Assembly: GCA_963734545.1 (NCBI GenBank)
Contig: CAVTHO010000007.1
Span: 64,001 to 128,000 of the forward strand
Source of the DNA: an uncultured Spirochaetota bacterium
GTDB lineage: Bacteria > Spirochaetota > Spirochaetia > SZUA-6 > Fen-1364
Direction: 5' to 3'
DNA: 64,000 nt
In this document: in pieces, positions 51,067 through 61,338 of the stretch
Position numbering within the stretch: the first letter of the stretch is position 1
How the letters are laid out: each line of letters opens with the position of its first letter
Notes under the pieces: model-generated
Database searches by the model: none
Seen by the model: only the letters and a program-made list of their open reading frames with translations
What the model was told of the DNA's origin: nothing
Program-made: the position numbers and the translations under genes

Positions 51067-53767
51067 ATGAAGGAACTCCGCATGGTCCTGCGCCCGCTGC
51101 TGATCGGGGCGCTTCTCCTTACCAGGTACATCGCCGCTGCGGAGGCCCCTGAGCTGATGCCGTCAGTCATCATTGTCAGCTCCTATCACCAGGGGTTCGC
51201 CTGGTCTGACGAAGAGCTGCGTGGCCTGCTCGCCCGGCTGCGGGAAGTCTACCCGGGAATCGATCCCCCCGTCGAACATCTGGATACCAAGCGTTTCTCT
51301 TCGCCCTCCTACATGGCGTTCATGAAGGACAAGTTGAAGCGTAAGTATGACGGCAGTCCCGTGGACCTGGTGGTCGCGCTGGATAATCCTGCGCTGGACA
51401 TGCTGATGCGCTATCGCTCCGAGTTGTTCCCCCGCGCGCCGATAGTCTTCGCGGGAGTGAGCGATTTCTCGCCCGCCATGCTCCCCGCGGGAGCACGCAC
51501 GACCGGAGTCGCGGAGATCTCCGATGTGGCAGGAACTCTCCGGCTGGCTTTGCATCTCTTCCCGCTGGCGCGTCAGGTGCTCCTCGTAAACGACTACAGC
51601 GTGAGCGGCCGCGCCGTCCAGCACGAAGCGGAGGTTGCATCCGTCGAGTTTCGAAAGAGGGTGAGTTTCCGTTCACTCCCTCCCTCCACTTTCGAAGAGG
51701 CGGCAAAAGCCATTGCGGACCTGCCCTCCGATGCCGTCGTCCTGCTGCTTTCGTACTCGACGGACCGCAGCGGCCGGACCTACTCGCTGGCAGAGACCAC
51801 GAGAATTTTCGTGGAAGGAGCCACTGTTCCCGTGTTCGGCGCTCATGAGACCAGGCTCGGCTACGGGATCGTGGGGGGGAGCCTGCTGCAGGGGTCCCGG
51901 CACGGCAGGAGGGCGGGGGACATCGCGCTCCGTGTCCTGGGAGGCGCGGACCCCTCCCGGATCCCCGTGGACTTCACCGGGACCTCCCTGGCCATGTTCG
52001 ACTACAAGCAGCTCGCAAGGTTTCACGTGCCCCTGCGGCTTCTGCCCGGCGGAAGCGTAGTCGTCAACAGGCCGGAAACGGTGTTCAGGAAATACCCGGC
52101 CTTTTCCCTCATCACATCCGGGGCAGTCGCCGTTCTCATCCTGCTTGTCGTGCTGCTGGCCTCGGCGAATCTCCGGCGCAGGCGCGCGGAGGGAGGATTG
52201 CGACGCAGCGAGGCGAACCTGACTGCGCTGATAGAGAATACCGAGGACCTCATCGCCTCCCGGGATGCGCAGGGCAGGCTGGTGGCATTCAACGCGTCGT
52301 TCGCGCGGACAGTCAGGGAGATTGCCGATGTCCAGGTACAGCCGGGAATGACCGGCAGCGAATATCTTCCCGACTCCATGAGAGAACCTCTCGACCGGCT
52401 CGGTGGCCGGAGCGCTCAAGGGGCAGCCGCAGCGCGGGGAAGTCACCGGTCATGTGCACGGAGGGACCCGGATTTTCGAGGTTTCCCTTTACCCCATCCG
52501 CGCCGACTCCGCGGTCATCGGGGCCGCTGAGTTTGTGCGTGACATCACCGAGCGCCGGAAGGCGGAACAGGCGCTGCGGGAGTCCGAAGCCAAGCTCGTT
52601 CAATCTCACAAGATGGAAGCGATCGGCCGCCTGGCCGGCGGGATTGCGCACGATTTCAACAATCTGCTCACCGTCATTACCGGCTATGCGAGTCTCGCCA
52701 TCGACCGGGTGGCAAATCGGGCGGACGTGCCCGAAGAGCTGAGTGAAATTCGCAAGTCGGCGCAGAAGGCCGCGACGCTCACGGGGCAGATGCTCGCGTT
52801 CAGCCGCCGGCAGGTGCTGCAGCCGAAGGTCTTCAACCTGAACGTCCTGATCGTGGACATGACGCGGATGCTGCGGCGTCTCATCGGCGAGGATGTCGAG
52901 CTTTCCGTCGCGCTGCAGGCGGGAGTCGGGAACATCCGCGCCGACCCTGCCCAGATCGAGCAGGTGCTCATGAACATCGTGATCAACGCGCGTGATGCCA
53001 TGCCGGAGGGAGGAACGGTGCGGGTGGAGACCCGCGAAGTGGAATCGCGCGCCGGCCTCCCTCATGCGGAAATACCTGCCGGGCGCTACGTGGTGCTCTC
53101 GATCGCCGATTCCGGCAAAGGCATGGACGGTGATACCCTTTCGCGAATTTTCGAGCCTTTTTTCACGACGAAAGAGAAGGGGAGAGGCACCGGCCTGGGC
53201 CTTTCCACGGCATATGGGATCGTGAAGCAGAGTGGGGGATGGATCTACTGCACGAGCAGACCGGGCGAGGGGGCAACCTTCAGCATCTGGCTGCCCTGTG
53301 TGGCAGAGGAAGTCGAGGAGACGAAGACAGTGACCGCTGCCCCGGCTCCGCTGGGCGGCGCCGAGACGATCCTGCTCGTGGAAGATGACAAATCGGTGCG
53401 CAGGTTTCTCTCCTCGGTTCTGGCGAGTGCGGGCTACACGGTGCGCGAAGCCGGCGACGGGAAGGAGGCCATTCTGGCCCTCCGTGAGGGCCCCGCAGCC
53501 CTCGTGGTGACCGACATGGTCATGCCGCACATGGGGGGCCGGGAATTGACGAACATTGTGCGCCAGGAATTCCCCGGCACAAGGCTTCTCATTACGTCCG
53601 GTTACCTTTCCGACCCTGCGACGTGGCGCTGGATCATGGAGGACAGGCTGCGGCTGTTACAGAAGCCCTTTGGACCGCAGGAGCTCCTGGCCGCGGTCCG
53701 CGAGTCACTTGATGAACCCTCACTTCCGCCCGGACCCGATTCCATAGGAAAAGGACCGCCGTCCTGA
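51067..53767 (+). CDS. Hybrid sensor kinase with a periplasmic ABC-substrate-binding-like domain, PAS and REC; frameshift near 52402
   Basis: SSYHQGFAWSD, EHLDTKR; TM segment; QSHKMEAIGRLAGGIAHDFNN; GTGLGL; VTDMVMP. Confidence 0.9.
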
Positions 53768-56383
53768 ACCCACGATAGCGCGCGCTCCTTCAGCATCCGG
53801 CAGGAAATCAGCTTCTCCCTTCAGTTTCTCCCGCGCTGCGCCGGGGAAGACTACGAGCGCGGTGGTGTTCGGCGGGACGACAACGGTAATACGCATCTCG
53901 GCCGCCTCGCGCCTCCACTCCAGGGAAGCAGGACCGTAAGGGGTCACGAGTTCGGCTCTGGCCCATGTGAGACCGCCGCCCGGCCGCGGTCTCATGAGGA
54001 TTCTCTTGAATCCCGGGGCCCCGGGGTCCGTGTCCAGGCCCGCTACTGTCCGGTAAAGCCAGTCTCCGACGGCGCCGTAGGCATAGTGGTTGAACGAGTT
54101 CATGTTTGCGCTCCACATGGTCCCGTCCGGCTTGAGGCCGTCCCAGTGCTCCCAGATCGTGGTCGCGCCCCGCGTAACCTGATAGAGCCATGAAGGAAAG
54201 TCCTTTTGCAGAAGAAGGGCGTACGCGTCTTCGAGCCTGCCGTTCTCGCTGAGGGCGCGGCAGAAATAGGGGGTGCCGAGGAAACCGGTGGTCAGATGCC
54301 CGCCCGTCTCCTTCAGCAGGGCGAGAAGGGCGGTCACGGTGCGCTCGCGATGCTCATCCGGGACGAGGTCAAAGGCAAGCGCAAGAATGTGCGCTGTCTG
54401 CGTGCGTGATGCGAGCCGGCCGGAAGGCGTAAAGAATTCCCGGCGAAATGCCTCCACGATCCTCTCGTGCAGCCGGCGGTAGCTTTCCGCGTCATCCCGA
54501 AGGTCGAGAGCCGCGGCGGATTCAGCCAGAAGCGCCGTGGAATACGAGTAGAATGCGGTGGCAATGAGATCGTGAGGGGTGGCGCCGGTATAACTGCCTT
54601 CCTTTGCGTCGAGGGCAACCCAGTCCCCCAGGTGAAAACCGCTGTTCCACAGCACGCCGTCTTGCGCGCGGGCGCGCACGTATTCCACCCACCCCTTCAT
54701 GCTTCCATACTGGCGCTCGAGCATCCGCCTGTCTCCATAGCACTGGTAGATGGTCCAGGGACAGATTACCGCGGCATCGGCCCACCCGCTGGATGAATGC
54801 GGCTGTTTCATCATCGTGTCCGCCGCTGGCGCGCCCGAGAGTACGTCGGGGACAACGTATGGCACGCCGCCGTCTGGAAGCTGGTCGGCCGCGAGATCAC
54901 GCAGCCATTTCGTGAAGAAGGAAGCCGTCCCCATGTGGAAACAGGCCGTGCGGATGAATACCTGCGCGTCTCCTGTCCATCCCATCCGCTCGTCCCTCTG
55001 CGGACAATCCGTGGGGATGTCGACGAAATTGCCCTTCAGGCTCCAGAGGATGTTGTGGTGCAGCGCGTTGAGCAGGGGATGCGAGCAGGCAAAATCCCCG
55101 GTCTGCTCCATCTCGGAATGGAGCACGACCGCGGCGAAGTCGCCGATGGACGGCGTGCCCGGGTACTCCTCGATCTTGACGTAGCGGAACCCCTGGTACG
55201 TGAAGTGCGGCTCGAAGGTCTCCTGCTCCCCGCCCTTCAGCACGTACTCGATGCGCGCCTTTGCGCTCCTCAGATTGGCTGTGTAGAAATTGCCCGCCTC
55301 ATCCAGGATCTCCGCGTGTCTGAGCACGACCTTCTCGCCGGCTTTGCCCTTGACCGTGAAACGCACCCAGCCGGCCAGGTTCTGGCCGAAATCGAGGACC
55401 CGCTCCCCGCCGGGGGTGGTGAAGAGCGAGACTGCGGGAACAGTCTCCTGCCGCTTGACGACAGGGCCGTCCTGGGCTGTGAGAATCGAATGATCGTGCG
55501 CGAGAACAGCGGCCGGCTGCCACGCGGTGTCGTCGAATCCCGGCTCGTCCCAGCCGCCTGACTCCCTCCGCGCGTCGTATGTCTCCCCGTGATAGATCTC
55601 CGCGTACGTGATGGGCCCGTCGGAGGTCTTCCACCGTGGATCCGAAGTCACCACCTGCTCGCGACCGTCGGCAAAGCGGATCATCATCTGGAAAAACAGG
55701 GCGGTGCGGCTTCCATAGATGCCGCGGCGTCCGAGCCATCCGACCAGGTCCCCTTTGTACCAGCCGCACCCCAGCGTGGCGCCGACCGCATTTGCGCCGC
55801 GGCGCAGCATCCGGGTGACATCGTAGGTCTGGTAGAGAAGGCGCTTCCGGTAGGCGGTCCAGCCCGGCGTGAAGAGCGCGTCCCCCACGCGCTCGCCATT
55901 GAGGGAAAGCTCATACAGGCCGAGGGCAGTGGCGTATACCCGCCCCCATGCGATCTCGCCGTCGAGCGTGAACTCTGTCCTCAGGCGCATACCGCGCGAG
56001 GAATCGGGCGCATCGTCCACGGGTGAAATGAAGCCCGCCTTCCAGATCGAAGGCTCGAAAATTGCCGTCTCGAAATACGCGGAAGCGCTCAATGGGCTCT
56101 CCTGCCCGTGGTTGTCCGTGATCCTGACCCGCCAATGGTAGCGCGTGCAGGAAAGAAGAGCGGGGCCCGCATACTCCACCAGCACGGAGTCCGGGGATTC
56201 CACTGTGCCGCTGTCCCAGAGTATTTCGTGGAAGTCGTGGTGGAGGCTGACATGGAGACGGTAGCTCGTTTGCACGACGTCCGAGGCGTCCGTTTCCAGG
56301 TTCCATCCGAGCCGCGGTCGAGCTTCAGCGATTCCCAGAGGGTTCTCCTGGTACTCGCATCTCAGCTTAATTGCCTTCAGCAT
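53720..56383 (-). CDS. GH78 alpha-L-rhamnosidase
   Basis: LRCEYQENPLGI, DFGQNLAG, PTDCPQRDERMGWTGDAQ, GATTIWEHW, SFNHYAYGAV. Confidence 0.95.
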   Translation of the reverse strand: MLKAIKLRCEYQENPLGIAEARPRLGWNLETDASDVVQTSYRLHVSLHHDFHEILWDSGTVESPDSVLVEYAGPALLSCTRYHWRVRITDNHGQESPLSASAYFETAIFEPSIWKAGFISPVDDAPDSSRGMRLRTEFTLDGEIAWGRVYATALGLYELSLNGERVGDALFTPGWTAYRKRLLYQTYDVTRMLRRGANAVGATLGCGWYKGDLVGWLGRRGIYGSRTALFFQMMIRFADGREQVVTSDPRWKTSDGPITYAEIYHGETYDARRESGGWDEPGFDDTAWQPAAVLAHDHSILTAQDGPVVKRQETVPAVSLFTTPGGERVLDFGQNLAGWVRFTVKGKAGEKVVLRHAEILDEAGNFYTANLRSAKARIEYVLKGGEQETFEPHFTYQGFRYVKIEEYPGTPSIGDFAAVVLHSEMEQTGDFACSHPLLNALHHNILWSLKGNFVDIPTDCPQRDERMGWTGDAQVFIRTACFHMGTASFFTKWLRDLAADQLPDGGVPYVVPDVLSGAPAADTMMKQPHSSSGWADAAVICPWTIYQCYGDRRMLERQYGSMKGWVEYVRARAQDGVLWNSGFHLGDWVALDAKEGSYTGATPHDLIATAFYSYSTALLAESAAALDLRDDAESYRRLHERIVEAFRREFFTPSGRLASRTQTAHILALAFDLVPDEHRERTVTALLALLKETGGHLTTGFLGTPYFCRALSENGRLEDAYALLLQKDFPSWLYQVTRGATTIWEHWDGLKPDGTMWSANMNSFNHYAYGAVGDWLYRTVAGLDTDPGAPGFKRILMRPRPGGGLTWARAELVTPYGPASLEWRREAAEMRITVVVPPNTTALVVFPGAAREKLKGEADFLPDAEGARAIVGSGRRSFSYGIGSGRK

Positions 56384-56395
56384 TGCTCTACGCCC

Positions 56396-56519
56396 GCGCC
56401 GCGGTACTCCGCGGATTCTGCGCCGCGGTACTCCGCGGATTCTGCGCCGCGGTACTCCGCGGATTCTGCGCCGCGGTACGGGTGTACCCGTTCGGCGAGT
56501 ACGCCGTACTCCGCGGATT
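56396..56519 (-). repeat. Array of hairpin repeats, 24-nt period: three identical units plus one expanded unit
   Basis: GCGCCGCGGTACTCCGCGGATTCT x3 on the + strand, then a unit whose loop carries two small hairpins. Confidence 0.92.
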
Positions 56520-56538
56520 TTGCGCCGCGGCTCCGCGC

Positions 56539-57433
56539 TCATGCTTTTACCGCTCCTGCCGTGATTCCCGCGACAATCCTCTTGTTGAAGAATATGAAGA
56601 GGATGAGAGGGGGAATAGAGATCAGCACAACGTCTGCAAAGAGCAGATTCCATTGGCTGACGAACCTGCTCATGAAATTGTACAGCGTGAGCTGCACGGT
56701 CGCGTTTTTTGCGCCGGGCAGGAAATAGAGCGGGATTGACGAAATCGTTGAAGATGGCGACCGCGGAGAGGACGATGATGGTCGAGGTGACGGGCTGGAG
56801 CAGGGGAAACACGATGCGGCCGAAGAGCTGGAAGCCGCCGCAGCCGTCGATGATGGCGGCCTCGTCGATCTCACGCGGCACCGTCACCACGAATCCGCGA
56901 TACAGCAGGGTGGAAAAGGGGAAGCCGAGCGCCACCTCCACCAGGACCAGCCCCGGCAGCGTCTTGAACAATCCTACGCCTCGAAGGACCCAGATGGTGG
57001 GAACAATGGAGGGGGGAATCATGAGCCCGGCGAGAACCAGGAAGTTGATCAGGGAGGTCGCCTTGCCCGCTCTGCGCTGCATGACGAAGCCCGCCATCGA
57101 GCAGACGAGAATCATCACCGCTATCGATAGGACGGTGAGCAGCGTGCTGTTGAAGAAGGCGCGGAGGACGAGCCCGTCCTGGGCCCTGAGAACCGCCAGA
57201 TAGTTCTCGATGATATGTAACGTCTGCGGCAGGTCGATGCTCATATCCGCCGCGTCTGCCGCGCTTTTGAAAGAGTTCAGTATCACGAAGTAGTAAGGGA
57301 CCCCGAACAGGAGAATCGAAAGCACGACGCCGACGCCCTCCGCCAGGAGACGGACGGCGCGCCGTCTCAAAGGGACGGAGGACCGTCTCAACGGGACGGA
57401 GGACCGTCTCAACGGGGCGGTACGCCTCCTCAC
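56539..57433 (-). CDS. Carbohydrate ABC permease, frameshift near 56733
   Basis: EIDEAAIIDG, FNDFVNP/LYFL, IVAGITAGAVKA. GTG overlaps the upstream stop. Confidence 0.9.
57362..57420. repeat. Three 21-nt hairpin repeats, in frame at the permease N-terminus
   Basis: CCGTCTC-AAM-GGGRCGG-AGGA, encoding PLRRSSV repeats. Confidence 0.85.
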
Positions 57434-58296
57434 AGGTCGACCTCGTGCCGGGTGAGGTATCGGTAGAGCGGGACGGCCAGGAGGGACACCACGATGAAGA
57501 GAATCACGTTTCCCGCCGTGGCAAGCCCATAAAATCCTCCCGTGTACTGCTTGTAGATGATGGAGGCAATGAGGTCCGTCGTGAACCCTGGTCCCCCTTT
57601 GGTCATCGCCCAGATCAGGTCGAATGTCCGGAGGCCCCCGATGAAGGCAAGGATGATGACGGAGTTCATGGCGGGCCGGCACAGGGGGAGGGTGATGAAC
57701 CGGAACCTGATCCATCCGCCGCCGCCGTCCATGGAGAGCGCCTCATAGTACTGCCGCGGGATGGAATTGATGCCCGCAATGTAGATCACGGTGGCCACGC
57801 CCACGCCCTTCCACACGTCCACCAGCGCAACCGACACGAGCGCGAGGTGGACGTTGCCCAGCCAGTCAGGTCCGGGAATCCCGATCAGCGCGAGGGCCTT
57901 GTTGATCACTCCCCGGGAGGGATGCATGAGGCTGCCGAAGGTGATGCCGACCGCGATGGTGCTCAGCAGGTTGGGGAAGAACACCATTGCGCGCAGGTAT
58001 CCCTTGGTGCCGATATCCGAGCAAAGGAGAACCCCCAGCAGGAGGCCCAGAATGACCTTCAGACCGCAGGTCAGCACTGCATAGACGATCGTGTTTCGAA
58101 ATCCGATGCGGAGCGAGGACTCCGTGAAGAACATGTGGAAGTTGTCCAGGCCGGTGAAGTACCAGTTGGTGAGAGTCCAGCGTGTCATGCTGAAGAAGAA
58201 GGATATGAGGGTCGGCAGGAGGAACAGTCCTCCGTAGATGACCAGGGCGGGGAGGAGAAAGGCATACGAATAGTGCCCGCGGGACTGCGCCGTCAT
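57430..58296 (-). CDS. Carbohydrate ABC permease
   Basis: FLLPAL, GLDNF, YYEALSMDGG, TKGGPG. Confidence 0.92.
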   Translation of the reverse strand: MTAQSRGHYSYAFLLPALVIYGGLFLLPTLISFFFSMTRWTLTNWYFTGLDNFHMFFTESSLRIGFRNTIVYAVLTCGLKVILGLLLGVLLCSDIGTKGYLRAMVFFPNLLSTIAVGITFGSLMHPSRGVINKALALIGIPGPDWLGNVHLALVSVALVDVWKGVGVATVIYIAGINSIPRQYYEALSMDGGGGWIRFRFITLPLCRPAMNSVIILAFIGGLRTFDLIWAMTKGGPGFTTDLIASIIYKQYTGGFYGLATAGNVILFIVVSLLAVPLYRYLTRHEVDL

Positions 58297-58355
58297 TCCG
58301 ATCCTCTGAAAGCGTGGTCCCGCCGAGGCCGGCGGGACCATTACGGGAGGCGATG

Positions 58356-59640
58356 CTACCAGCCGGCCAGCCCGAGCTGCTTTGCCTGCTTCTCCACGTC
58401 CTTGTCGTAGTCCTTTGCCGCGTCCAGAGGCGCGGTGATGCCGCTCCCCACCTCCACGCAGATCTGCGGCAGGTTCGGCCCCTTGATCGGGGACAGGAAC
58501 TCCAGCGCGGGCGCCGTGCGCCCCGAGTCGAAGTACGGGAGCATGTCCTTCACCGCGGGCAGGACGTCGTTGGGAAGGGTGACGCCCCGGATCGCGAAAG
58601 GTCCCCCGGGCTTCTGCTCTTCCATTTGCAGGGAGACTCCTTCCTTGGAGACGAAGTAGGCAACCCACTTCTTGGCGGCGTCGACGTTTTTTCCGTTCTT
58701 GTAGACGTAGATGCCGGCGGGCATCCACACGGTGAGCTCCGTTGCTGCCCGGCGTGTCACCCGGTTGCCCGAAGAACCCGATGTCGTTCGCCTTGTCCGG
58801 CGCAAGCGTCCTGATATTGGCCAGTGCGAAGGTGAGCATCGGGTAGTGCGCGCCGGTGCCGTCGGCGAGCATCTTCAGCGCCTGCTCGAAGGTGGTGGCC
58901 AGAAGGTCCTTGTTCATGTAGCCTTTCTTATTGATTTCCTGGAGCTTCTCGAAGCTCCGCAATGCGATGGGCGTGCCGGCAAAAGTGGCTTTGTGCGCCG
59001 TGTAGTCCGCGGCAAATCTCGGCATCTTTGCCTGGACATTGAAATAGTCGGCCAGCACGATGAGCTGGGATGTCCAGTCGTCCTTGTACGAGCCGATCAC
59101 CGCGGTCTTTCCCGCCGCCTTGATCTTTTCGCAGTTGGCCAGCAATTGCGCCCATGTCGTGGGCACCTTCAGACCGAGCTGGGCATAGACCTTTTTGTTG
59201 TACAGCCATCCTCCGCCCATCGCGGTGTCGGCGGGGACTCCATAGACCCTGCCGTCGACGCTGACGGTCGACTTGAACGAATCGAGCACCGTCGCCATGT
59301 ACGGCTCGTCCGTCAGATCGACGAAGTTCTGCGGCGGGTTCAGCGCCTGGAACAGGGAGCCGGAGTTGTAATAGCTCAGGTCGTCCATGTCTCCCGTTGC
59401 CAGGCGTGTCTTCACGACATTGTCGCCTTCCGCGCCCCCCGGGCGAAGATCGATGGTGAGCGTGATGTTGAGCTTCTTCTCGGCAGCGGCAATGACGGCC
59501 TTGATGCCATTCAGGGCAGACTGATTGTCCACCAGGAACGACAAATTCACCTTCTGTCCCGCGGCCTGCGCGCCGACGCTGGTGGTCGCCACCAGCGCGA
59601 GCAGACCGACGACGAGGACCAGGGAAACAGATTTTCTCAT
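58356..59640 (-). CDS. Carbohydrate ABC solute-binding protein, frameshift near 58738
   Basis: Signal peptide, DNVVKTRLATGDM, YNKKVY, LEFLSPIKGP, KQAKQLGLAGW. AAGGAGG SD. Confidence 0.9.
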
Positions 59641-59733
59641 GATTCTCCTCCTTGCTGGAAGGCATCGTAGCATCGGCACAGAAGGAGATACATGGATTTT
59701 CCAGCACGACGCGATGCAAAATCCAATACTCAC

Positions 59734-61338
59734 TCAGGATCTTCCCGAGGGCTCGCGGCGCGCGTGCTCGGAAGGCGGCACGCCTGTGACGGACTTGAAC
59801 ACGCGGCTGAAATAGAACTGATCGTGGTAGCCGACAAAGGCGGCGACATCCTTCAGCGGCATGAGGGGATTTTCCTGCATGAGCCGCTTGGCCGCATCGA
59901 TCCGCACGGTCGTGAGAAAGTCGTTGAACGAGGTACCCTCGTACCGCCGAAACAGCTTGCTGAGATATGATTGCGAGATGGCGAACGCGTCGCAGACCGA
60001 CTGCAGCGTAATGGGGTCGGTGTAGTTGGCGCGGAGGTAGCGCTCGATGGCTTGAAGGAGCTCGGGAATATCCGTCCCGTGCCGGGGAGTGCCGGGAGAA
60101 CTGGTGATTCTTGCCACGAGGCTCCATGTCTTTTCGACGAGCTCGCAGTAGGTTGCCGACGCGTGCAGCGCGTCGTCCAGCATGAGCTCGACGTCTTCTA
60201 CCGCGGAGAGGCCGCTCCGGGGGGATTTCTTCACCACGAGGTGAAGCACCTGCCGCAGGTATGCCTCAACCCAGAGCTGCGGCTTGTTTTCCCTTTCCCA
60301 CCCCTGGAGAAGCTTCCTCAGCTCCGCTTCCAGCTCCGCATGCATTGCGTTGGAGACGAGGAAATCGATACGGCTCCCCAGCTCGGGGTCGAGGACCGCC
60401 GGGCTCACCTGCCCTGCGCGGGGGCCAGATCCGCCGGGTACGTCGGCGCCAAATCCGCCGGGTACGGCGGCGCCAAATCCGCCGGGTACGGCGGCGCGGT
60501 CTGCCGAAACGGAAAGGACCTGCGACAGGCCGATCACGAGCGCGGAATCGAGGGCCCGGTAGAGCGCCGCGACATGAGCGGGGATGGAATCGAGGCTGAA
60601 TGCCCCTTGATGAAAAAGAACCGTGTGGAAGATTTCGGAGCGCGCTTCGGCAAGCGCCGCGATCTGCTTCCTGACTATCTCCGCCTTCATGTGCTCGGGC
60701 GTGTATATGAACAGCACCTCTGCCCGGTCGCGGCCCGGGAGACTCCATATGTCTTTTTCCTCGAGGCTCTTCCTTGCCGCGGCGAGCGTTTCGGTCACGT
60801 CATGCTCCCTGAGCGGAGCGAGCGAGCGGGAGGGAAGCCCGCCATTGCGGAGAAGGGCCGCGCAATAGCGATTGAAGGGAAGGTATCTTTCAATCTGCCA
60901 CGGGACGAGGGGAGCTCCGGCCATCGCCGTCTTCAGCAGGTCGGTGCGTTTCGCATGGTAGTCTCCCGCGAGGCGCCGTCCGAGAGAATCGAGCAGTCTC
61001 TTGAGCTGGACCGCGTTCACCGGCTTCAGGAGATAGTCGACCACGCCCGAGTTGAGCGCGCGCCGCGCGTAGTCGAACTCCTGGTAGCCGCTCACGATCA
61101 CCGTGTAGATGAACGGGAGCTCCTGCCCGATCTGCGCCGCGAGCTCTATCCCGTTCATGAGGGGCATCTTGATGTCCGTGATCACGATGTCGGGCAGATC
61201 CTGGCGGATCTTTTCAAGCGCCTCCTTGCCGTTCTCCGCCGTGCCGATCACTTCGAAGCCCGCACATCTGGATTCTATGATCGAGCGCAGATAGCGGACG
61301 GCGGAGGGCTCGTCTTCAACCAGCAGCAATCTCGGCAT
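59734..61338 (-). CDS. YesN-like response regulator (REC + AraC)
   Basis: LLVEDEP, ITDIKMP, SGYQEFDYA, YLLKP; C-terminal AraC HTH YFSRVFK. Confidence 0.93.
   Translation of the reverse strand: MPRLLLVEDEPSAVRYLRSIIESRCAGFEVIGTAENGKEALEKIRQDLPDIVITDIKMPLMNGIELAAQIGQELPFIYTVIVSGYQEFDYARRALNSGVVDYLLKPVNAVQLKRLLDSLGRRLAGDYHAKRTDLLKTAMAGAPLVPWQIERYLPFNRYCAALLRNGGLPSRSLAPLREHDVTETLAAARKSLEEKDIWSLPGRDRAEVLFIYTPEHMKAEIVRKQIAALAEARSEIFHTVLFHQGAFSLDSIPAHVAALYRALDSALVIGLSQVLSVSADRAAVPGGFGAAVPGGFGADVPGGSGPRAGQVSPAVLDPELGSRIDFLVSNAMHAELEAELRKLLQGWERENKPQLWVEAYLRQVLHLVVKKSPRSGLSAVEDVELMLDDALHASATYCELVEKTWSLVARITSSPGTPRHGTDIPELLQAIERYLRANYTDPITLQSVCDAFAISQSYLSKLFRRYEGTSFNDFLTTVRIDAAKRLMQENPLMPLKDVAAFVGYHDQFYFSRVFKSVTGVPPSEHARREPSGRS
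60428..60497 (+). repeat. Three in-frame hairpin repeats, 24-nt period, inside the response regulator gene
   Basis: RAT-CCGCCG-GGTA-CGKCGG-CGC x3, encoding AAVPGGFG repeats on the coding strand. Confidence 0.88.

Noticed and set aside
53720-53767. 48-bp overlap of convergent kinase and rhamnosidase 3' ends
   Set aside because: Short tail overlaps are common in GC-rich genomes and carry no recognisable motif.
56396-56519. CRISPR interpretation of this and the 48726-48799 arrays
   Set aside because: Units are separated by only 2-4 nt, there are no unique spacers, and no cas genes are present in the window.
53720-57715. 1331-aa permease-rhamnosidase fusion in the ORF track
   Set aside because: It arises from the frameshift near 56733 plus read-through of a stop-free 24-nt repeat array. 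The permease C-terminus is in another frame, ending at 56539.
57430-59733. 767-aa solute-binding protein-permease fusion ORF
   Set aside because: A frameshift near 58738 joins two genes. The binding protein's own C-terminus ends at 58356.
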